Source: an uncultured Verrucomicrobiae bacterium (lineage in GTDB: Bacteria; Verrucomicrobiota; Verrucomicrobiia; Palsa-1439). From it: 64,000 nucleotides of DNA. This document shows positions 10,859 to 20,617 of this stretch, one piece after another (the stretch's first letter is position 1; every line of letters begins with the position of its first letter). The notes below the pieces were generated by a model. The model made no database searches, was not told the DNA's origin, and saw only the letters and a program-made list of their open reading frames with translations. A program made the position numbers and the translations under genes. The stretch lies in NCBI GenBank assembly GCA_963812605.1, contig CAWEWF010000010.1, positions 64,001-128,000 on the forward strand, given 5' to 3'.

Positions 10859-11303
10859 GATGGTGGTCGTCGCCCACGCCGAGGTCCTTGTGGCCCGACT
10901 CTTTCAATTGCTTGAGCTTGTCGATTTCCGCCTTGGCGACGGCGCTATTGTCGGCGCTAATGGCCGCCTTCAGCAAATCAATCTCGTTGATCACCGCATT
11001 CAGGTCCTTGTGAAATGTATCGAGGGTCTTGGCTTGGTCTTCCGGTGACATCTTGTCCAACTTTGGCGGAGTGAGCGTCCGGGCCGTCTCCGCGTGTTTT
11101 TGCATCGTCGCCACCAGTTCGAGCGTGGACGCTTTCTGGGCCGGATCGGTATATTGGCGGCCGATCAACTTGAGGCTGCGATTCATCCCCTCCATTTCGG
11201 CGTGAAGCGGCGAATCTTTTCCTCCCTGCGCAAAAGTGCGGACCGGCAGGAGCAAGGTAAGCGAGAGAACAGCAAGCGCAAAGCGCGACAACATTGTTTT
11301 CAT
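10830..11303 (-). CDS. Cytochrome b562-like periplasmic four-helix bundle
   Basis: Signal peptide; LHAEMEGM (Met ligand) near the N-terminus and LKQLKESGHKD (His ligand) near the C-terminus; no CxxCH. Confidence 0.75.
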   Translation of the reverse strand: MKTMLSRFALAVLSLTLLLPVRTFAQGGKDSPLHAEMEGMNRSLKLIGRQYTDPAQKASTLELVATMQKHAETARTLTPPKLDKMSPEDQAKTLDTFHKDLNAVINEIDLLKAAISADNSAVAKAEIDKLKQLKESGHKDLGVGDDHHHGGPPPQGP

Positions 11304-11491
11304 AATAATCACCGTCGAATAGTGGAATTAATGACTGAATTTGGGGTTTGAAGCAAGAACAGAAAATCCGGTGGGAACGAACCGGTCTATCCTGGCAGTG
11401 CCGCCAGATTGTAGCCGCGAATCGCATTCGCGTCCCTTTCCCGCCGCGAAAATGTTTCGCGGCTACAAAAAGACGGCTGGCTCGTTGACGA

Positions 11492-12295
11492 CTACTTCGC
11501 GACCATTGTCCAGTCCGGGCCCTGGTAGTAGTTGGCGGCGGTATCGCCAAAATGGATCCAACTCACATGGCCATCCACGAAAACCGCATTGCCCCAGGTA
11601 GTGCCGGGCTCATGTGGCCCCATGTACTCCGGATAAACTCCATAGCTGTCCGCGATGGAATACGCATAATTCATCGCATAGTCACATGCCAGGATCACCT
11701 TGGATGGGGTGACGACATCGGCGATCGCCAGGCCGGCCAAGCCGTTATGTGCGTTGTTGAGCTTTTGACCGTCGTTGTTGTAATAATAACTCGAGCCAAC
11801 TTGCTGAAAAAAACTCGACCCCGACATGCGGTCAGACGGGCAACGCGCGACGGACGGTATGTTGGGTGCGAGATGGGATGGAGTCGTTGAGTAAAAATTC
11901 ACATGGGTGACTTTGAGATAGGGGTTCAACGGGCGGGTCGGAAGTTCATTTATACCGCCTCCGTCGTAAATCAAGTTGCCCGCCCAGCGCCACATTTCCT
12001 CAAACCCCGTGGACAAGGTGTTTGGGTAATGCCCAAAATCGTCGACATACATGGTGGCGGCGATTCCAATTTGGTGGAGATTCGAGACGCAGAGCGCGCG
12101 CTTGCCGCTCTCGCGGGCGCGTCCGAGGGCCGGCAGCAACAGCGAGGCCAAAATTGCGATGATCGCAATGACGACCAGCAGCTCGATCAGCGTGAATGCT
12201 GACCTCGCTTGCCTCCGCCAGGGCTTCGGCTGGCAAGCCAGCAACTCGATGAGCGTAAAGGCCCGGCTGCGCCGCGTTATGCCATTCCCTTCCAT
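11492..12295 (-). CDS. Prepilin-type N-terminal cleavage/methylation protein with H-X9-DG motif (DUF1559-like)
   Basis: [30 protein letters not shown]...CVSNLHQIG; C-terminal H...[10 protein letters not shown]. Confidence 0.9.
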   Translation of the reverse strand: MEGNGITRRSRAFTLIELLACQPKPWRRQARSAFTLIELLVVIAIIAILASLLLPALGRARESGKRALCVSNLHQIGIAATMYVDDFGHYPNTLSTGFEEMWRWAGNLIYDGGGINELPTRPLNPYLKVTHVNFYSTTPSHLAPNIPSVARCPSDRMSGSSFFQQVGSSYYYNNDGQKLNNAHNGLAGLAIADVVTPSKVILACDYAMNYAYSIADSYGVYPEYMGPHEPGTTWGNAVFVDGHVSWIHFGDTAANYYQGPDWTMVAK

Positions 12296-12369
12296 CTCAA
12301 CCGCGTTACCGCGCAGCCCTGTCGCTGGTGAAGCTGGAGGGGTGTGAACCTGCGCGCTTCTCGGGTGAG

Positions 12370-12398
12370 AGACTACAAAAAGACGACAGGTTATTCAA
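12370..12398 (-). promoter_or_regulatory. sigma70-type promoter for the prepilin-like gene
   Basis: Minus strand TTGAAT-17 bp-TAGTCT about 75 bp upstream of the start. Confidence 0.5.
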
Positions 12399-12456
12399 GT
12401 AATAAGCTGTGTGCGCTTGGGAGACCACCATACAACCTGAGGATGCACGGTTAGGC

Positions 12457-12494
12457 GGAAATTGGCTCCCCGCTTTGGACGGTTTGCGAACCTT
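12457..12494 (+). repeat. 38-bp direct repeat copy 1 (tRNA 3'-end-like on the minus strand)
   Basis: GGAAATTGGCTCCCCGCTTTGGACGGTTTGCGAACCTT, identical at 13188-13225. Confidence 0.9.
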
Positions 12495-12564
12495 TAGAGT
12501 TCACCTGTCGAGACAAAGAAAGTTTGACACCTAATACTTGTTAGGCCATTAAAAACAGGAGCAC

Positions 12565-12894
12565 ATGAGCTGGGTCACAGACGTTCTACTTGGCATCAAT
12601 CTTGAGGAAAGATTTGATGATGATTTTAATGAACTAGACAGCTGTGAAGCTCTCGATCATATCAACGAATGGCTTGAGCAGCATGAGCAAGGCAAGCTAG
12701 ACGAGCTTTCCACCCATGTTGAGTCCGGCGGGAAGTCCATGCAGTGCCACGTTTACGGAGGCGCATTCGATTTTATGGAGACGGATGAGTTTGTCTCCCT
12801 TGTCTTATCTCAGAATTGGAAGAGGCCAGAATCGGTTATGCTTTTGACCAAACAAGAGGAACAAGACGTTTTTACAGTTCACAAAGTCGCGTAG
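12565..12894 (+). CDS. Hypothetical acidic protein, 109 aa, cassette-like
   Basis: AGGAG RBS, lower GC than flanks, clean ORF; no family recognised. Confidence 0.7.
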   Translation: MSWVTDVLLGINLEERFDDDFNELDSCEALDHINEWLEQHEQGKLDELSTHVESGGKSMQCHVYGGAFDFMETDEFVSLVLSQNWKRPESVMLLTKQEEQDVFTVHKVA

Positions 12895-13187
12895 ACGGCA
12901 GCCTAGCAAGTCCACGAAGACAATCCACGCAGACATTGACCTGTTCCGCCGCGACGATCGCCTTTTTTACACCTGGCCCACCGAACGCACGACCGCATAT
13001 ATCACACTCGACCCAGACCGCAGTTTCACCGAAAGCAAGGAAGGTTATTCGATAGCCCAGCATTCGCCGCGTGGGGGTTGCGCCGCCAGCACGTCCTCGG
13101 CGCGTTTGCCGCAAACGACAGCGGCGTCTCGCAGACTCGGCTCCGTCAAACTCGGCTTGCGGCCTACAAGAAGAGGCTGCGGGAAGA

Positions 13188-13225
13188 GGAAATTGGCTCC
13201 CCGCTTTGGACGGTTTGCGAACCTT
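13188..13225 (+). repeat. 38-bp direct repeat copy 2
   Basis: Identical to 12457-12494. Confidence 0.9.
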
Positions 13226-13390
13226 AAGGTTGACGTGGTCAGGACTTGATCGCCGTGCGCCACAGCGCCGTTCCCTAATTTCTTGACATGACCGTCGAAG
13301 GCAGGTATTTCTTGGCTCAGTCGCTCCGCCTGCGAGTACAGAGCGATCGAGACTTGTTCCCCCGTTTCAGGAACTGGAAAGGGAAATGCC

Positions 13391-14098
13391 ATGGATACGT
13401 TTCTTGTCTGCCGTCTAGCTGTGTGTCTGCGAACATTCATTGTGTGGGCTATCTGTTCTTGCACCATGTCTGTGTTGGGACAATCGATCACCTGGCAGGA
13501 TCTTCCATGGCCCGCCAACCAGGACTGGGGGGGACCGCAAGGCGCCCCGGCCACAACCAACGGTAATCAAATCGTCCTCACGGGGCAGGACGTGCTTTCC
13601 GTCCAGTCGTTCACAGGGCCGCTGACGATCTCCTACGATGTGCTCTTGCCCACAAAGAGCACGACGGATGGGATTTTTGAATTGTTCCTTGTTCCCACGG
13701 GAGAAAACCCAAACCTTCTTCCCAATCCCGACGTTGAACTCGATATGTTTGAGACTCAGAGTGGCCAAGACGGCTTGCAGGTCCAAAAGAATCATGGCTC
13801 CAATATCCTCTGGGGTCCGGTTTCGTATGCCATCCAAACGCAAACGACGTATCATGTCTCCGTTGGCGTTGCAGCAAACGGCCAGGTGAGTTGGTCAATT
13901 AATGGTCTGGATGTCGGGCTTTCCAACTCGGTCGTGGTCCCATACAGCAGCTATCAATTACGCCTCAGCAGTTGGCAACCGACGCAAGTTTGGCAAGTTA
14001 ACAACTTCACGGCCGTTCCCGAACCAACGACTCTGACACTTGTGGCGGGGGGGCTGATGGGTCTATTGTTTGGCGTCGGCTGTCGCAAATACAGTTGA
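13391..14098 (+). CDS. PEP-CTERM sorting domain-containing secreted protein
   Basis: Hydrophobic leader, beta-rich body, C-terminal VPEPTTLTLVAGGLMGLLFGVGCRK. Confidence 0.85.
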   Translation: MDTFLVCRLAVCLRTFIVWAICSCTMSVLGQSITWQDLPWPANQDWGGPQGAPATTNGNQIVLTGQDVLSVQSFTGPLTISYDVLLPTKSTTDGIFELFLVPTGENPNLLPNPDVELDMFETQSGQDGLQVQKNHGSNILWGPVSYAIQTQTTYHVSVGVAANGQVSWSINGLDVGLSNSVVVPYSSYQLRLSSWQPTQVWQVNNFTAVPEPTTLTLVAGGLMGLLFGVGCRKYS

Positions 14099-14216
14099 AG
14101 TCAGCGTTTGAAAACAACGAGTAATGTTACACTTTGCGTCCCCAAACAGGAGTCGAACCCCGGGTCGCCGTTTTCGGCGCTACGGACTCACTGCGCCATT
14201 CCGATGTAATCGCTTC

Positions 14217-14353
14217 TAGCAGGCTGCTAAAAAATGCGTTTCTGGTTGTAGGCCGCTTCTGTGAAGCGGCGAAATCCTTAGAAAACTCGCCGACTCATAG
14301 AGTCGGCCTACATTAAACGCCCTAGGAACCAGCACTTTTTTAGCAGCCTGCTA
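14217..14353. mobile_element. MITE-like element with 18-bp perfect terminal inverted repeats and an internal GTAG-type REP pair
   Basis: TAGCAGGCTGCTAAAAAA (14217-14234) pairs with TTTTTTAGCAGCCTGCTA (14336-14353); internal TGTAGGCCGCTTCTGTGAAGCGGCG...CGCCGACTCATAGAGTCGGCCTACA. Confidence 0.75.
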
Positions 14354-17300
14354 CTGCGCGGGGGCCAGCTCACCCGCATTTGCCTGGCGATGGCGGCGGA
14401 GTTTGACGCGCTGGCGGAGGTGTTCGAACATGAGATAGACGACGGGGGTGGTGTAGAGGGTGAGGACTTGGGAGAAGAGCAGGCCGCCGACGACCGCGAT
14501 GCCGAGCGGTTGGCGCAATTCCGAGCCGGTGCCGATCCCGATGGCCAGGGGGACCGCGCCGAGCAGCGCCGCCATCGTGGTCATCATGATTGGGACGGAA
14601 GCGGATGACGCAGGCTTTGTAGATCGACTCTTCCGGGGTCAATCCTTCCACGCGCTCGGCTTCGAGGGCGAAGTCGATCATCATGATGGCGTTTTTCTTG
14701 ACGATGCCCATCAGGAGAATGATGCCGATAAAGGAGACGAGCGAAAGGTCCGTGCCCGAGAACATAAGCGCCAGCACCGCCCCGACCCCGGCCGACGGGA
14801 GCGACAAGAGAATCGTAATCGGATGGATCAGGCTCTCATAGAGCATTCCCAGCACGATATAAACGGCGAGGATTGCCGCGCAAAGCAGCAGGGGCATGGT
14901 GGTCAGCGACGCTTGAAAGACCTGCGCCGTCCCTTGGAAGCTGCCTTGCACGCTGGAGGGCATCCGCAATTCCTGGGCGGCGCTTTGGATCAGTTCGGCG
15001 GCCTTGCCCAGCGAGACTGCCGGGGCGAGGTTGAAGGAAAAGGTGACGGCCGGGAACTGGCTCTGGTGGTTGACGGACAGGCTGGTATTGCTCGTGGTGA
15101 ATTTAGCCACGCTGGCGAGGGGCACCTGCTGGCCGGTGTTGGAGGCGACGTAGATTTTGCTCAGCGAGGCCGGGTCTTGCTGATATTCCGGAGAAACTTC
15201 CAGGATGATGTGGTGCTGGTTGTATTGCTCGTAGATCGTCGCGACCTGGCGCTGCCCGAAGGCGTCGTACAGCGTGTTGTCAATCGCCTCGGGGGAGACG
15301 CCGAGACGGGCGGCGGCGTCGCGGTCGATGGCGATCGTGGCTTGGAGTCCATTGATTTGCTGATCGTTGCTGACATCCTTGAGTTCGGGAATCTTGCGGA
15401 GCTTGTCGAGAAGCGCCGTGGACCAATGGCTGAGTTCGCCGATGTCGGCCGCCTGCAAGGCGTATTGGTACTGGGCCCTGCCGAGCCGGCCGCCGACCCG
15501 GATATCCTGGACCGCTTGCAGGGACAAGGTGATGCCCGGAGACATTCGCCAATTCATGCCGCAGCCGGTCAATGACCTTGTCTACGCGCACTTTTCGTTG
15601 CGAGAGCGGTTTGAGGGTGATGAACATGCGGCCATTATTGACCGTGGAGTTGCCGGAGGAGGCCCCGATAAACGAACCGACCGTGTCAATCGCCGGGTCG
15701 GCGAGGACGATCTTGGCCACCTGGTTTTGGAGCTTGGCCATCGTGGCGAATGAAATGTCCTGGGCGGCATCCGTCACCCCGATCATCACGCCGGTATCCT
15801 GCTGGGGGAAGAGCCCCTTGGGCACGATGATGTAGAGCCAAATGGTCGCGATAATGGTCGCCGCTGTGATTACCAACATGAAGACCTGGTTTCGCAAGAC
15901 CCATTTGAGTCCACGCTCGTAGCCGTTGAGGAGCCAATTAAAAGCGCCTTCGCAGACTCGATAAAAGCGGCTCGGTGGCCCGTACGCGGATTCCGGTTTC
16001 AAGAAACGCGAACACATCATGGGTGTCAGGGTGAGCGAAACCACCCCGGACACCAGGATGGTCAAACTGAGCGTGACGGCGAATTCGTGAAACAGACGCC
16101 CGACCAATCCGCCCATGAACAAGAGGGGAATGAAGACTGCCACGAGGGAAATACTGATGGAGATCACGGTGAAGCCGATCTGCCTGGCGCCCTTGAGCGC
16201 CGCTTGCAGGGTGGTGTCGCCCTGCTCAATAAATCGGAAGACATTTTCGATGACCACGATGGCGTCATCGACAACGAAACCGACGGAGATGGTGATGGCC
16301 ATCAAGGACAGGTTGTCCAGGCTGTAGTTGAGCAGGTACATCATGCCGAAGGTGCCGGCGAGGGCCAGCGGCACCGTGACGCTGGCGATAAACGTGGGCC
16401 AAAAACGGCGGAGAAAGAGGAAGATCACCATGACGACGAGACTGATGCTGAGAACCAGGGATGTCTCCACGTCGCTGACCGACGCGCGAATGGTCGTGGT
16501 CCGGTCGCTGAGGATGGAGAGCTGCACGGACGGCGGAATCCAACGCTCGAGTTGGGGGAGTTCCGCTTTGATCCGTTCCACGGTGTCGATGACGTTGGCG
16601 CCCGCCTGCTTGGAAATGATGACCAGCACCGCCGGCTTCGTGCCCGACCAGCCGCCCAACAAATTATTCTCGACGCCTTCAACCACTTTTCCCAGCGAGC
16701 TGAGCTTGATGGGGACATTATTTTTTTGGCGCAGGATCAAGGGACGGAATTCACGGGCGTCCACCAATTGGTCGTTGCTGACCAGCGCATAGGACAGCCG
16801 TTCGCCGTCCAGGCTGCCCTTGGGGAGATCGACGGCCACTTGCGCGAGAAACGTACGGATATCCTCGAGGCTCAGGCCGGTCGAGGCCAGCGCCGCAGGA
16901 TTGATTTGAACGCGCACGGCTGATTTTTCCGCGCCTGTGATGGTGACCTGGCTAACCCCTTCGACCTGGCTAAGCTTTTGGCCGATGATCGTATCGCCAT
17001 ATTCGAAAATCTCCGTGGGCGGCAATGTATCGGAACGTCATCGCCAAGACCAGGATCGGCGCGTCGGCTGGGTTGACTTTGCGATAGGTCGGCGGGCTGG
17101 GGAGATCCAGGGGCAATTCGCTGGAAGCGGCGTTGATGGCGGCCTGCACGTCGCGCGCCGCGCCGTCGATGTTGCGGTTCAGGTCGAATTGGACGGTCAC
17201 CGAGGAACCGCCCAGGGTGCTGATCGAAGTGAGTTCGGAGACACCGGAAATTTGGGCGAGGCGCCGTTCCAGCGGAGCGGCGAGGGCCGAGGCGACCGTG

Positions 17301-17471
17301 GCCGGTTCCGCGCCCGGCAAGGAGGCCGAGACGGAGATGATGGGATAATCGACGCGCGGGATGGCCGCGACCGGGCAGAAAATGATAGGCCACGATTCCC
17401 ATCAGGAAGAGTCCCGCGGCCAACAGCGACGTGCCGGCGGGGCGGTGGATGAATGGCTCGGAAACGTTCAT
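14351..17471 (-). CDS. mdtC: Multidrug RND permease MdtC-like (frameshifts near 17373, 17035, 15537, 14591)
   Basis: [17 protein letters not shown]; [15 protein letters not shown]; [13 protein letters not shown]; [15 protein letters not shown]; directly follows mdtB with an ATGA overlap. Confidence 0.85.
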
Positions 17472-20400
17472 GACGCCGGGGGAGGGACGGCTTCGCTTTC
17501 CAGTTCGCCCGCGCTCGACAAGCCGGCGGAAGCGCGCCAGCGTCGGACCCATTTCTCGCAGCGATCCATGTAAAGATAGATCACCGGCGTCGTGTAGAGC
17601 GTGAGAAACTGGGACAACAGCAGGCCGCCGACAATGGAAATGCCCATCGGGCGGCGCAATTCCGAGCCGGTGCCCGTTTCCAGCGCCAGCGGCAGCGCGC
17701 CGAGCAGCGCGGCCGCGGTGGTCATCATGATCGGACGAAAACGCAGCAGGCAGGCTTGATAGATTGATTTTTCCGGCGGCATTTTCTCCACGCGTTCGGC
17801 TTCCAGCGCGAAGTCGATCATCATAATCGCGTTCTTCTTGACGATGCCGATCAGCAGGACGACGCCGATCAGGGCGATCATCGAAAAGTCGGTGCGGCAG
17901 ATCAACAGCGCCAGGAGCGCACCCACGCCCGCCGAGGGCAGGGTGGAGAGGATGGTGATGGGATGGATGTAGCTCTCATAGAGCACGCCCAGGACGATGT
18001 AGATGACGACGACGGCGGCCAGGATCAGGAACGGCTCGCTTTTCAGCGAGGTGCGGAATTCCGCGGCGCTACCGGAAAAAGATGTCATCACGGTTTCTGG
18101 CAGGGCGATTTCTTTCTCGGCGCGCTGCATGGCGTCGATGGCCGTGCCCAGCGAACTGCCGGGACGCAGGTTGAAGGACAGGGTCACTGCCGGGAATTGG
18201 CCCTCGTGAACGATGGCAAGCGCCGCGGTGGTGGTACGCAAATGGGTGAACGCGCTGAGCGGCACCATTTGGCCGGTGGTGGATTTGACATAAATCTTGT
18301 CCAGCGCCTCGGGCGTCAGTTGGAAATGCGGCTCGGCCTCGAGAACGACGCGATACTGGTTGAGCTGGGTGAACATGATCGACACCTGTCGCTGCCCGAA
18401 GGCGTCATAGAGCGTATCGTCGATGGCTTGCGGCAAAATATTCAGGCGCGAGGCGGTATCGCGGTCGACATCGATGCTCACTTGCAAGCCGCCTGTTTGC
18501 TGATCGGTGGCCAAATCGACCAGGTCGGGCAGGGTGCGCAGCTTGTTGAGGAGCGTCGTTGACCATTGGGAGAGTTCGGCTTCGTCGGCGTCCTCCAGTG
18601 TATATTGGTACTGGGTGCGGCTGACGCGGCTGTCGATCTGGACATCCTGCACCGCTTGCATGAAGAGGGAAATCCCCTCGACATCTTTGGTCGCGTCGCG
18701 CAAGCGATCGATGATTTCGCTGGCGCTGGCTTTGCGCTGGTCGCGGGGCTTGAGATTGATATAGAGATGGCCGGTGTTGGCGGTGGCGTTGACCGTGCCG
18801 GCTCCCACGAACGAGGCGACACTGACAACATCCGGGTCCTTGCGCACGATCTCGGCGATGAGCCGCTGGCGTTCGACCATGGCCTTGAAGGAGATGGACT
18901 GCGCGGCGTCGGTTTCGCCAACGATCAGGCCGGTGTCCTGTTGGGGCAACAGGCCCTTGGGGATGATGATGTAGAGCCAGATGGTGGCGACCAGCGTTGC
19001 GATGGCAATGATCAGCGTCAGCGGTTGATGATCCAGCACCCACTTCAGGCCGCGTTCGTACCAATCCAGCATGCCCTGGAACATTCGCTCCGTGAAGTTG
19101 TAAAAGCGCCCGTGCTTTTCCTCTTTTTCCTGTTTCAACAGGCGGCTGCACATCATGGGTGTGAGGGTCAGCGAGACCACGGCGGAAACCGCGACCGCCA
19201 CGCTCAGGGTGATGGCGAATTCGCGGAAGAGCCGGCCGACGATGCCGGTCATGAATAGCAGGGGAATGAAGACGGCAATCAGCGAGATGCTCAGTGAAAT
19301 GACCGTGAACCCGATTTGCTTGGCGCCCTTGAGCGCGGCTTCCATCGGCGGGTCCCCGGCTTCGATAAAGCGGACGATGTTTTCGATCATCACGATGGCA
19401 TCGTCCACCACGAACCCGGTGGAAATCGTCAGCGCCATCAGGGAAAGATTGTCGAGACTGAAGCCGACCAGTTTCATCACGCCGAACGTGCCGATGATGG
19501 CCAGCGGCAGAGCGACGCTGGGGATGACGGTCGCCCAGAACTTTCGCAGGAAGACGAACATGACCATGACGACCAGGAACACCGTGAGGATCAGCGTGAA
19601 CTGCACGTCGTGGACGGAGGCGCGGATGGTGGCGGTGCGGTCGGTCATGATGGAAACCTTCATCGCGGGCGGAATGGACGCGCTGAGCCGGGGCAACAAC
19701 GCTTTCACGCGGTCGGCGGTTTCGATGATATTGGCGCCCGGCTGACGCTGAATATCCAGGATGACCGAGGGCGTGTTGTCCACCCAGGCGGCGAGGCGAA
19801 CATTTTCCACGTTGTCGATCACTTCGCCGATGTCACCGAGGCGAACCGGGGAGCCATTCGTGTAGGTCACAATCACGGGCCGGTATTCCTCGGCGGACAG
19901 AATCTGGTCGTTCGCGCCGATGGCGTACGACTGGCGCGGGCCGTCGAAGCTGCCCTTGGGCGCGTTGATATTGTTGAGCGTCAGGGCGGTCCGCACGTCT
20001 TCCAAACTCAAGCCGAGCGAAGCGATTGCCGCCGGGTTGATGCGGACGCGAACGGCGGGCTTCTGGTTGCCCTCGATGGTGACCAAGCCGACGCCGGTCA
20101 CCTGGCTGAGTTTTTGGGCGAGCACGGTGTCGGCGAGGTCGTTGACCTTCTCCAGCGGCAACGTGTCGGAAGTGATCTGCAACGTGAGGATCGGCGTGTC
20201 GGCCGGGTTGACTTTGCTGTAGGTCGGCGGGTTCGGCATGTTCTTCGGCAGCACACCGGTGGCGGCATTGATCGCGGCCTGAACATCCTGCGCCGCCGCA
20301 TCGATGTCGCGGTCCAGGTTGAATTGCAGGATGATGGTCGAGGTGCCAAAAGAACTCTGCGAAGTCATCTGCGACAGGCCGCTGATTTCACCGAACTGGC

Positions 20401-20614
20401 GTTCGAGGGGGGTGGTGACGGAAGAGGCCATCACGTCCGGGCTGGCGCCGGGGTATTGCGCGGTCACCTGGATGGTGGGAAAATCGACGGGAGGCAACGC
20501 CGAGATCGGCAGCAGGATGTACCCGAGCAATCCCATCAGTACCACGCCCGTCATCAGCAGCGACGTGGCGACCGGCCGATGGATGAAAGGTTCCGAAATG
20601 TTCACGGGGGTCAA
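17468..20614 (-). CDS. mdtB: Multidrug RND permease MdtB-like
   Basis: 1048 aa; [33 protein letters not shown]. Confidence 0.9.
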   Translation of the reverse strand: MTPVNISEPFIHRPVATSLLMTGVVLMGLLGYILLPISALPPVDFPTIQVTAQYPGASPDVMASSVTTPLERQFGEISGLSQMTSQSSFGTSTIILQFNLDRDIDAAAQDVQAAINAATGVLPKNMPNPPTYSKVNPADTPILTLQITSDTLPLEKVNDLADTVLAQKLSQVTGVGLVTIEGNQKPAVRVRINPAAIASLGLSLEDVRTALTLNNINAPKGSFDGPRQSYAIGANDQILSAEEYRPVIVTYTNGSPVRLGDIGEVIDNVENVRLAAWVDNTPSVILDIQRQPGANIIETADRVKALLPRLSASIPPAMKVSIMTDRTATIRASVHDVQFTLILTVFLVVMVMFVFLRKFWATVIPSVALPLAIIGTFGVMKLVGFSLDNLSLMALTISTGFVVDDAIVMIENIVRFIEAGDPPMEAALKGAKQIGFTVISLSISLIAVFIPLLFMTGIVGRLFREFAITLSVAVAVSAVVSLTLTPMMCSRLLKQEKEEKHGRFYNFTERMFQGMLDWYERGLKWVLDHQPLTLIIAIATLVATIWLYIIIPKGLLPQQDTGLIVGETDAAQSISFKAMVERQRLIAEIVRKDPDVVSVASFVGAGTVNATANTGHLYINLKPRDQRKASASEIIDRLRDATKDVEGISLFMQAVQDVQIDSRVSRTQYQYTLEDADEAELSQWSTTLLNKLRTLPDLVDLATDQQTGGLQVSIDVDRDTASRLNILPQAIDDTLYDAFGQRQVSIMFTQLNQYRVVLEAEPHFQLTPEALDKIYVKSTTGQMVPLSAFTHLRTTTAALAIVHEGQFPAVTLSFNLRPGSSLGTAIDAMQRAEKEIALPETVMTSFSGSAAEFRTSLKSEPFLILAAVVVIYIVLGVLYESYIHPITILSTLPSAGVGALLALLICRTDFSMIALIGVVLLIGIVKKNAIMMIDFALEAERVEKMPPEKSIYQACLLRFRPIMMTTAAALLGALPLALETGTGSELRRPMGISIVGGLLLSQFLTLYTTPVIYLYMDRCEKWVRRWRASAGLSSAGELESEAVPPPAS

Positions 20615-20617
20615 CCG

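Noticed and set aside
12457-13225. CRISPR array from the 38-bp repeat
   Set aside because: Only two copies about 690 bp apart and no cas genes.
14135-14200. Intact tRNA gene
   Set aside because: Only a degenerate T-arm/acceptor-like end is present; no anticodon or D arm can be folded.
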